Positions 54,399 through 64,000 of a DNA stretch of 64,000 nt are shown here, in pieces. Each line of letters starts with the position of its first letter. Position 1 is the first letter of the stretch. Origin of the DNA: Botryllus schlosseri (taxonomy: Eukaryota); assembly GCA_051294905.1 (NCBI GenBank), contig CM119378.1, forward strand, positions 3,536,001 to 3,600,000. Reading direction: 5' to 3'. The position numbers were made by a program, and so were the translations under genes. Under the pieces are notes generated by a model, which worked only from the letters and a program-made list of their open reading frames with translations, did not search any database and was not told where the DNA came from.

Positions 54399-54406
54399 AT
54401 GTAGAG

Positions 54407-54782
54407 CAGGGGTTCTTTAATTGGGGTCCTGGTTCATTTTATTTGCTAATACTGTATATCTGAAAATCTAGGCCACTTTTGGTTAGATACTGAAAGCTGA
54501 GGGCAAAAAGTGTCAGCGATGGAATTGATTTTATGATTTGTATTATGATCACATTGGTAGAATGCAGACTGTATTCACAGTATTCCACGAAATACCGTTA
54601 CTCAGATATCACAACCTGGGCTAGCGTGATATACTGGTACTAATGAATTGTTTTGAATGATGGCTTACTCGACATCAACGACCATGACAATATCAAAATG
54701 TATACACCGGTTTATACAGGTGCAGGTAGTTTCTGCTCGGGGTAGTGCGAAAACCCAAGAATAGATTTAGGGGTCCCCACTG
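54407..54782. mobile_element. Second hAT MITE abutting the first at the same target
   Basis: Starts CAGGGGTTCTT directly after ATGTAGAG; ends CCCCACTG followed by ATGGAGAG (7/8 match). Confidence 0.55.
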
Positions 54783-55988
54783 ATGGAGAGAAAGTGTACT
54801 TGTTTGAAGGGGGGAGGGGGGGGTCAAACAGTTGTCCTCCAATGCGGCTGTCCTAAACCGGGGTTCGCTAGAGATCAAGATATACACCTGACTCATACAG
54901 TCACACTGATATGCACTGAATATACGTTATAAGTTTTCGTTCTGAGTGGAAACCACGTTTTAATGGTAACTGTTGGTATTGGATAGTTCATATTGTGCAC
55001 CAGTTTTAGATGTGTACAGTGGTAAATTTTTGTTTTTGTGACAAGGCGAGAATGTGACCACTTTTTTCAATAAAAACTAAAATGTCCTCCGAGGACGCCC
55101 AAATGTCCCGTTTTAGACAATCCATCCTCTCTTTTTGTTTGGAGTGTCAGGCGACCATACAGAGACGACAAAAAAAGTTTAATTCGCAACAAAGTATAAA
55201 TGAAAAACTGCCGCGGGGGTTGACTAGAAAAAAAGGTCAATCGAACGGAAACTGTCCATGGAAACCCGGATTTGAGTTACTGACGCGGAAAACTCGACTC
55301 TTTCGTTAGTCGACCTACCAGGCGATCCGCATTATCTACATAAATTCCCCGTATATATTTCTCATATTGTAACTTGATAAAACTGTCCTTGTTTGTGAAG
55401 TATGTGGTTGGATAAAAATAAATGTATCTTTCTCTCTTTCTAGTGTTGGATAATAATTTGCATGGGCAATATAAGCTTACGGGACTCAACAAACCTATGG
55501 CCGCATAAGATACGATGACGGATTGGGCTTCTGAAACCTCTATATGCAATGCTACAGAGCTACACCTTACTTAATAAACGGAATCATTATGCAGCTAATT
55601 TACATATTACATGATATAATATATGCAAGCAGAGAGGTGATGATGTTCCATGGAAATTGCAAAATATCATGTACTAAATACGCTTATTTGGTAGGTGACA
55701 TCGGATCGGGAGAAGACGCTGCTTTCGTTCTGTCCGAAAAATCTCCATTTAACCGCTTGTTATTGCTCGTCAAAATGGCATACAAAAAGTCTCGCAGTCG
55801 GGAATTTCCGGCAATTAAAACAGCGGCAAAAAAGCATGCGTTGAGAACGGATGAGCCCAGCAATATGCCATCGAAAAGGAAATATAAACATAGTTTTACT
55901 ACGCGGGTGTACGCATCAGTCCTCACCACGCAGAAAGGTCTCACGTTGTCAAATAGATATCTTGCTAACAATAGCATAGACAAGAAAC

Positions 55989-58900
55989 TAGGGATGGTGT
56001 GAACGTGAGGTTCACGTTCGCGTTCTGTGTGTGAACCTCGGAAATTTAGAGGTTCGCTTTCACAACAGAACCCTGGTCGGTTCTACACGGTGAACCTTTT
56101 TCATATATTACAATTTTTACTTCATTACAACATCTTGGTTCATATTTATTGCATTTCAACTGCGGTTACTCTATACATGGCGCTGGCAACATTAAAAAAT
56201 CAACACTAAACGAGCATGCACCTTGACAATCTCAAATGTTTTACTTGCTTTGTTACAAAAGTTTGCTCGAAATATCCAGGTTTCCGTTTGTGAATATTTA
56301 GTGACTCTCTGTTGTGAGTTTGACCCGCAATCAAAAACATCACGAGCAAAATACGTAGTCAGCGAATGATGCTTCAAAATCTAGCAGGCGTACGGGGTCA
56401 ATCTTGACTTCATATCTTTCCTGCATCATTAGAACCAAATCCGTGCGATTGAGATGTTGGCCACTGCTGTATAGTGTATAACTTGTTAATGGGGTAATAT
56501 TTGTAGCAAGTATAGAAACCTGTTTTACACTCAGCTCAATATCAATGTAGCGATACTCAAACGCCGAATACATTGTCCGGTCTGGTCTAGACCGTTAAGG
56601 CGTAAGTTTATGTTCCCTGGTAAGTCCTCGTCGAAATTGTTGGCAAAGCGACGGAAGATATTGATTTTATGGGAGTATTATATTTTCTAATTGCCTCAGT
56701 TGATACATTTAGGGCGAAGATAATAAAGTTGGATTAGCAATAAAGTTGATTAGCGCGTTCGTCAGGATTTATCAACCCAGGATTTAGGAAACCAGTTGAT
56801 CGCGGCGCATAAAGTTAGTGTTAATCTCATGATTTAACAAACTGGAACAACTATAGATTTCTAGTTATCTATAGAAACTGCGTACCATTCCTACGTCTAA
56901 TTATTCCCGATAATGACCGTGCCGATTGTCTCCTAGGTTATGGCTTCACTAAACAATCAACGAATTATGTATTCCTACCCGCCATTGCAAAGCGATATCC
57001 GTTTCTTAGCTGTACCGTACGAATTGGACACGACTTTCATTTCGCGATGATGATAATTCTACCTATTACAGTGGCAGTATCGTCATTAGCAGGCTGCTGC
57101 TTCGTTATGGAGATTGTGGGATCTCTAAGTTTCATTCACCAACCAGGGTTGCCAGACATCTTTCGAGAAAATGGGCCGAACATCGCCGGAAAAGGGGCCA
57201 AAAAGGGCCGAGTTGTTCAATAACGTTAATAACGTTGCAAAATTACCCACAGTGCTTTTGTCAATCACCTGGATTTCCAGTCTTATATTAGGACACCAAA
57301 TCAACAACCTACTACTACACTGGATCCAACTATAATAACTGCTATTATTTCAAGCCGTTTCCAACTGAATATAAAATCGTAAAAGAAAACATTTTGTGCA
57401 ATAATATGAGAGTAATTAAATTTTATGAATTTTAATTTAAAAAAAACTCGGGACACCGCGACTAACCATCGCGCGTAATCTTCTCCAACTTCATGCGTCG
57501 CGATTAGCAGTATTTAATCACACGATTAGCATTCTTTCGGATCAGTTAACTTTATTATCTCCGCCCTCAGCGACGTTTAAAACACCAATATGTACTTCGG
57601 CATTGTGGCATTATGTGGCCCGAGTCGTCGCTACGTATCGTGTACATCAGTGGTTCTTAACCTTTTTTCTTCCAGCGCCCCCTTTCAAAAATTATCGTGC
57701 TCCAGCGCCCCCCCAACTTCATATTGTAAGGAATGTAATAAAGACAATGAGTAAGAGGGAGGGTCGTAACAGCACTTCGTCAGCCCCCTAAAAACGATTG
57801 CCTTGTGCACCCATAGCGTGATAAACCGAACTTCTGAGGGCTTCGCCCCCACGAACCCCATATCGTGATTTTGATGGTCAGCAAAGTTTGTGTGGCCTGG
57901 TCGCCCTAGGTACCAAAATTTTCTATAATGCATGAATGAATAGATGGTGATTACATATATAAGTCGCTATATACTTTTTATCCTCTCAGCCCACGTAATC
58001 AAATTTACCAGTAGCACTGAGTGAGCTGTTGTATAGGAAAATAAAGGCACGTAAATAATAATTAAACATATTCGGGCGTGCCCGCAGGTACAATTATTCG
58101 TTACCAGGGCCGTAACAGCACTTCGTCAGCCCCCCCCAAACAAAAAACGTTGGTCCTGGGCCCCCACCGGGTGATGAACCAAACTTCCGGGGTACTTCAC
58201 TCCCAGACCCCCATTAGGCTGTCCGCTATTTGCTGATAGCCTATTAGGTATCTACATTGGGTGTCCATTTACTGATGCAGCTATTCTCGCCTAGTCGCGC
58301 GAAGTGCAAAAAATTTCACTAATTAATGATTGAATTGGTCAATATCATCGGTAATTGCATGTAAATTGAGATCAATTTTTATCCTCTCTCAGCTCACGTA
58401 AACACATTTACCGGTAGAGCTGAGTGAGGTGCAATGTTCCCTCTAAGCCGCGCACGTGCGCAGTGCTGACACGGTCTCTGCGCACAGAAAATCTACGTTG
58501 CGCACAACAAATCCGGAGTTATGACCTTTTTCTAGTCGTTACGCACTGTTGTCCAAGGGTCAGCGCAGTGAGTTGTTGAGTGTGCGAAGACTCATCAAAA
58601 CTTAAAGCGAACATTGTGAGGTGTCTTGGAAACTGTAGGGCCCGTTACTAATAATTAAACATATTCGGGCGGGCGAACCCATTGGTATGACTTCGTTGCA
58701 TGATGTTATTTCGTGACCCACTGTCTGCAATATCAAAAAATATAGAATCGCTCAACGGGGATATCGCTCAACAGGAATATCCCTGTCGCCCAATCGTACG
58801 AAACTAAAAGACGCACACGATTTCAGATTGGTATTTCATCACTGACATATAATTTTTCCCTGCCAGATGGAATTCGTCTTCTTGGGTTCAGATTGCCAAG

Positions 58901-59347
58901 ACAGGAACATTCGGTGTCAGTCATTTAGGCGCCCATGGACAATTAAACCTATATGTATTTTGAAGGCTATATGTAACGAAGTTTTCGGTGTTAATTTGCT
59001 CTGAATACTCATTAAGGATATGTCCTATCACCACATCATCTGCTGCCAAATCGATTTTTCTCCAGCGCCCCCCATACCGCCCCCTGAGCCCAGCGCCCCC
59101 CATATCGCCCCCTGAGCGTTTCCGCCCCCCTTCAAAATCGCCAGCGCCCCCTGGGGGGCGCTGGTGGCAAGGTTAAGAACCACTGGTGTACATAATATAG
59201 GCTATCAGTTCATTGAAAGATAGGGTTGGAATTAGCAATATGACGTCACGTGACGTCATGAGGTTCACGTTCGTGTTCACACAGAACCTTTCAAAAAGGT
59301 TCGCGTTCACACGAACCTGAACCTTTCAGAGGTTCACACCATCCCTA
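55989..59347. mobile_element. hAT (Ac-like TAGGGATG TIR) element with nested insertions
   Basis: TIR TAGGGATGGTGTGAAC / GTTCACACCATCCCTA; perfect TSD CAAGAAAC (55981-55988, 59348-59355); GAACC/GGTTC subterminal repeats. Confidence 0.88.
57648..59185. mobile_element. 1538-bp Charlie-like non-autonomous element, complete copy, nested
   Basis: TIR CAGTGGTTCTTAACCTT / AAGGTTAAGAACCACTG; perfect TSD GTGTACAT (57640-57647, 59186-59193). Confidence 0.9.
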
Positions 59348-59696
59348 CAAGAAACCACAGGCGTTCCCGATATTGCATACGAACACGTAGATCCCGGAGA
59401 TATTAGTCATTTGCGAAACCAGTGACACACCGGCATTGCAAATGATGTTTATTTTAGTGCTAGGAAATGTACAGGCACGTGTCGGCACAAAGAAGATAAG
59501 TTTTGGAATTTAGAAATGAATGAAAACTGTCAGCACTGTTCGGAAATCCGTTTGGTGGTGCTCGCGATCAGCCCGGTGTAAATCATTTTTGTTTGAAGAC
59601 AGTCAACAACACGAGATGACTGCAAGTCAAATTTGAGACTATAGAAATGTCACACATTTTTAATCGTTACGAACATTACGTCACATGACTTCTAAG

Positions 59697-60393
59697 TAGA
59701 GGCCGACCGATTTATCGGCTCACCGATAATATCGAGTCGATATCACACTTTGAAACAAATATCGGTATCGGCCGTTAGAGGTACAAAATATCGGCAATTT
59801 TCGTGACGACACAGCATGCTAGTATAGGGAATCAACGAACTATAATCTGCGACTACTGCACTACTAGGCTGGGGATATTGATATATTTCTTACGGACAGA
59901 AGAAGTCAAAATAGTTATCGTTGGTAGTCGAGTAGAAGTAGCAAGCAACGTTGTAAATTTCTACAAGTACAAAGTCAACTTGGCAATTTTTAAGTAAGCA
60001 AAAAAGTAAATATAGTAGGCCTAGTTTTGTCTAAAATAAGTCAAATCTGTTCAGTAGAAGTATAGTCTGTAATCATAACCACTCGAGTAGCCTAATTATT
60101 GCAACCACATGGCCTACTTGATTACTCTGACAACTGACAAGTAGAAGCGCTTCGTTACTGACCACCTCAGCGTACCGGTGTCCAGATGCAACCTTTGTAG
60201 TTTATTTCATGAGCTTAGCAATGACTGTAAAGCTGTTCAGTGTTCAAGTACATGCTGCAAAGTTTAGGAAATCCGAATTGAGCTAGATGTCATACTTTTT
60301 GAATACCAGCTGAATAGATCGGGGTTATTGGTGAAGGTGCTAGTTATCGGTTTCATCGGTTTCGTCTCAAAACCAGATATCGGCTGGGCTCTA
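59697..60393. mobile_element. hAT-type MITE with ATCGG/CCGAT subterminal repeats
   Basis: TAGAGGCCGACCGAT...ATCGGCTGGGCTCTA; TSD degenerate. Confidence 0.5.
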
Positions 60394-61141
60394 CTTTCAT
60401 AGCAATGCTGAAATAGTGTTTGGTGACAGCCGACAGGTATTGTTGAACTTAATTGGCTCATGTAGCTCTTCCTTAAATCCGCACCTAATATAACACGTCA
60501 TTCCTTATCTCTTATCTTAACTGCAATCTTTCATAATTTATTATTCTAAGTGGAGAAATCTGATCGCGATAGCCACAAATTAAATCTGATATTGCCACGC
60601 AGTACCTGTATACTTGTTATCTGTATTGTGGTGCACTGCGAGGCACATTGTAATCACAATAGACTCACTTCACTCGCATGAGCTGTTCAAGTGCTCAACC
60701 ACGAGCGGCACAGTAAGTTTCCGGTGCCTTATCGAAAAATATTTTCTTTTTCCGAGCCACATAATTCATTATTCAAAGTCTGCGTTCTTCTAGTAAATGC
60801 ATTTCTCCATTTCTCTCTATTTTTCCAAGCATTTTGCACCGCAGGAATGATAATGTTATAATGAGCCGGACTCTGTTTATCAATACGTTTCACAATACTC
60901 CTTCATTAAGTGGCATTAAAGCTAAATGACTAACAAAATTCAACCTACCCACATCTGGCATTTATTGTTGTTTAATTACCAACAGTCACGCAGTGCTAAA
61001 TTCCAGTTGCCTTGCGATAACATGCGTTAGTTTGCGTTATATATATGGCGGAATAGATTTCAACTCCCTTCGAATTTGGCAAGGTATGACTGGCAACTAT
61101 CTCATATGACGGAATTTCAGAAGTCACCGGAAGGATATAAC

Positions 61142-62444
61142 CAGGGTTGCCATCGACATGGACCTAAAAGAAGGACAGTCGAAAAATTAGGTTAGGATTA
61201 AAAAAAGCGTTTTTGTGCATACTTTGTATTTATACGAGCCGTGGCATATCACATTCCATACTTTTCGCCAGAAACAATCAGCTCCAATAACTCCTTGTTA
61301 TTAGAAAGTGCTTCATGGATCTCACAACAGTTTAGGTCTAGGTTTACCCTTACTCAGGGGCCGAAACAGCACTTCGTCACCCCCCAAAAAAATCGTTGGT
61401 CTTGCTCCCCCAATAGGGTTGCTCCACCCAATTAGAGGCGTTAACCAAGATGGGAAAAGGCTGTATACCAAGTTCAGACAAATTCATTTTTTGAGCGGAT
61501 GGAGCATGAACTCCAGTACCAATGCTTGTAGTCTTGGTCCTGGCCGAAGCAAACTTCTTTGCTATGTTGGAATCGGGGAATATTGCCTTGAGCAATTGCG
61601 ATGTGCAATCGTTGGCGAGGAGTGATTGCTGGTGTTTGACAGTATGGAATGCCCAGGTACGCTCAGCAGCAGCTGCCTTGTAGTCTGTGGTCGTTAGTGC
61701 TGATCGACTTGTGAAAAAATTATTCATCGAATTACTCATTATGACACACTTCTTGTGTTTTTAGGTATCAATGTGAGTTGAAATAGCGGTCTTTCCTATG
61801 GCCTCCAGGTGAATGTCACAATTGCAGATATTGCAATGTGCGCAACACTCGCCCTTCAATCTTCGTTTGATACCTTTGAATTCTCTCTCATAATCGTCAC
61901 GAAAAACGTTTTTACGCTTGCTCATTTTAACTAATCAGATTTAGCCTTATTAGTAGCAAAAACTATATGTGCAGTATAATTTGATAAATTTATCAATGAT
62001 TTATAGCTTTACTACTTTTTAACCCAAGTGTCGACTGCACTGCGCAAGAAATGCTGCCTTCCCTACAGCTTATTCTGCTGTAGACTAAATAGCAGAAACC
62101 TGGTACTGCTGTTTACTGCTAAAATGATAGCGATAGCTAGGTATAGCCTTAGCTATCTCACCATTTAGAAGTCAAATACTGTGGGGTGTATGCCACGGGA
62201 GATCGTTTCATTTATGATTTCATAAAATCACGACGCAAAAGCATAATTTTAATTATGCAACACAGATAGTCTACCTTACCATAAGAAAACGATCGAAGTT
62301 CTGTAGTTGTTGAAAATAAGACAAAATATTGACGCAAGTCGAAAATAAGTAAATTTCTTAGAAATAAGGATAGTTAAGTTTACTAGGACCTGACCCGTCA
62401 AAGTAAGGATAAATCTTAGAAATATGGATTGTATGGCAACCCTG
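61142..62444 (-). mobile_element. hAT (Blackjack-like) deletion derivative with a transposase N-terminal pseudogene (~61420-61925)
   Basis: TIR CAGGGTTGCCAT / ATGGCAACCCTG; perfect TSD GATATAAC. Minus ORF MSKRKNVF...AHCNICNCDI...THIDT*KH (zinc-finger-like, one stop), then AAERTWAFHTVKHQQS...DC...IFPDSNIAKKFASARTK. Confidence 0.85.
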
Positions 62445-62851
62445 GATATAACATCGACGTTGTAAAACCATGAGACGTGGTAACAGTCCAAGCCATCCAA
62501 GATATATGCCGACCAAACGCAAACATGAAAGTCTGGAACAGTTTTACACGCACCGAGAATTATTGGGTTGATACTTCAAATCCCATTGTTTTCTTTATTC
62601 ACAGTAAAACTGGTAAATACACACATAATCCGGGGAGCAACCTGCCCCCAAAGGAAAATGGCGAGATTGGAGTAAATTTTTAAAATTTCAGTAATACAGT
62701 AATATTGTTATTCCTATGCAATACATGGAGAAGTCAGATTACAGAATTGCAGTAGATGAAGAATTGGTAAGGGTTACAGAGCAGAGGTAGAGATTACTGA
62801 AAATGAAGAACATAAATTACAGAAATTATGCTGTGATTCACAAGTGTAATT

Positions 62852-63178
62852 TTAGTCCAGTGGTGCATTCAATGCCTTCCGAAGAATATGCACAGTGCCC
62901 AATAACGTGATCTTTTGGATCATGTCGAATCGAACGTTACACGGAATCTGTTGGATATGTCTCATGAGCTTTAAGCTTACGATCCCTGTAGCGCCAATGA
63001 CTATCGGTACAATGTTTATTTTGCAGCGCCACATTTTCTCACATTCCATTTTGAAGTCTGCGTATTCCTTTTGTAGTATGTTGTGATCAGCTGGGACGGC
63101 CAGCTCAATGAATAAGCATTCTAATTTGATTGTCATGTCGGGGCGGTTGCTCCCGATTTCGCGGTCAGTTATAACCAA
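62852..63178 (-). mobile_element. Non-LTR retrotransposon fragment: C-terminal restriction-like endonuclease (R4/Dong/NeSL-type)
   Basis: TDREIGSNRPD...FIELAVPADHNILQKE..Y.D...E...MW...IVPIVIGATG...IQKITLLGTVHILRK matches the PD-(D/E)xK RLE pattern; 5'-truncated, with a short internal deletion. Confidence 0.8.
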
Positions 63179-63656
63179 GCCCCGAACTACTGTTATCTCC
63201 GGCCAAGCAAATTTGCGTGATCACCATGGGCAGATGCATTGTGGGTAGAGTGCTAAGTCATTTAGTACAGGGGCTTATGGAAAAGTCTTTAAATATATTT
63301 GATTCGTATTGGGTCTGTAGTATTTTATACGAATAGAGCTTTTAATGGATAATTATTCCAACATTCAGGATTTGTTTCAGCTCGTGTTCGTAATTCGTTT
63401 ATTGTTATTCTGTGTAGTTCGACGTGTTGAAGATAGCCCGTTAAGGTTGTCTTGGTGTCTTTGGTATGTAATGGGTGCAGTAAAAGGCGAAAAAAGATCC
63501 ACAGAGTCGAATGTACGAAGCAACAGCAACGGCAGTAGTGATGAAGAGCTGATAGAGATAGTGGAACGTTGATATCCTAGAAGCTACAGAGAGCGTCGAT
63601 ATTACAAATATTAGGCTCCCAGCGAAAGGCAAACAAGAGCTGTTGGCTGTTGCAAC

Positions 63657-63899
63657 AGAGAGATATGATATTCTTTTTCGCCTGCACTATCGAGATGCTT
63701 TGACGACGGAGTTGCGATACGGCCCCATGAGGTCATCTAGTCTGCTCCCCCGATTTTTTTCTCCTCCATGCTATCCGTGATTGCTGAGCGCCTAGCAGGA
63801 CAGCTGCGGATACCAATTGTCGAGTCTTTGGTATGACGCGGCCGGGGATCGAACCCACGACCTACCGCTCGAGAAGCCGGACGCAACACTATCTCGCTC
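63657..63899 (-). mobile_element. tRNA-derived SINE, copy without LINE tail
   Basis: Matches 49135-49374; B box GGGTTCGATCCCC; A-box region partly deleted. Confidence 0.8.
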
Positions 63900-64000
63900 A
63901 GCAACATTTCCTAATGGGAAACGCCATTGTACAGCACCAACAGTTGAAGTAATTCTCCGTCCCGATCCCGCTGTGAATACAGCGCCTTGAAAAGCTCAGA

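Larger units (their letters stand above)
55684..59619 (-). pseudogene. Decayed multi-pass membrane protein gene, GPCR-like (approx. TM5-TM7), split by a hAT insertion
   Basis: Removing 55989-59347 plus one TSD joins 59619-59348 in frame to 55980-55684: ISCC*LSS...FRTVLTVFIHF*IPKLIFFVPT...ISGIYVFVCNIGNACGFLSMLLLARYL...LCLYFLFDGILLGSSVLNACFFAAVLIAGNSRLRDFL...SPTK*. This gives three hydrophobic segments and two premature stops, with a TTGCAG acceptor at 59620-59625. Confidence 0.5.

Noticed and set aside
55544..56002. 152-aa plus-strand ORF
   Set aside because: Antisense to the membrane-protein-like frame and ends inside a transposon TIR.
56380..56620. hAT dimerisation-domain remnant inside 55989-59347
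   Set aside because: Only a faint resemblance across several frames; not supportable by eye.
59490..59610. Stop-codon recoding to rescue the GPCR-like frame
   Set aside because: The three intact genes use TAA/TGA as normal stops, and the locus is also TE-disrupted; ordinary pseudogenisation is the simpler explanation.

Overview
Eukaryotic (animal) genomic DNA: intron-rich and very dense in transposon remnants. Many introns are only 54-75 bp. A marine invertebrate such as an ascidian is my guess and cannot be proven from the sequence. I reconstructed three intact genes by hand, all on the minus strand: two tandem 14-exon SLC26/prestin-like anion transporters (1515-9614, ~726 aa; 15128-25530, ~715 aa) with identical intron positions and a shared GC-AG intron, and the splicing factor WBP11/SIPP1 (31066-37608, 4 coding exons, ~505 aa). 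WBP11 intron 2 holds a 2.6-kb hATm-like foldback element built from two transposon 3' ends (~1.08-kb inverted arms, perfect 8-bp TSD). I found no intact gene in 38-64 kb. That part contains nested hAT MITEs with 8-bp TSDs, a tRNA-derived SINE (one copy fused to a LINE 3' tail), CR1/L2-type and RLE-type LINE fragments, minisatellites, and a decayed 7TM/GPCR-like gene whose frame can be rejoined across a 3.4-kb nested hAT insertion. I found no CRISPR array, rRNA or real tRNA, and no convincing wholly new system. All family calls come from motif recognition, not database searches.
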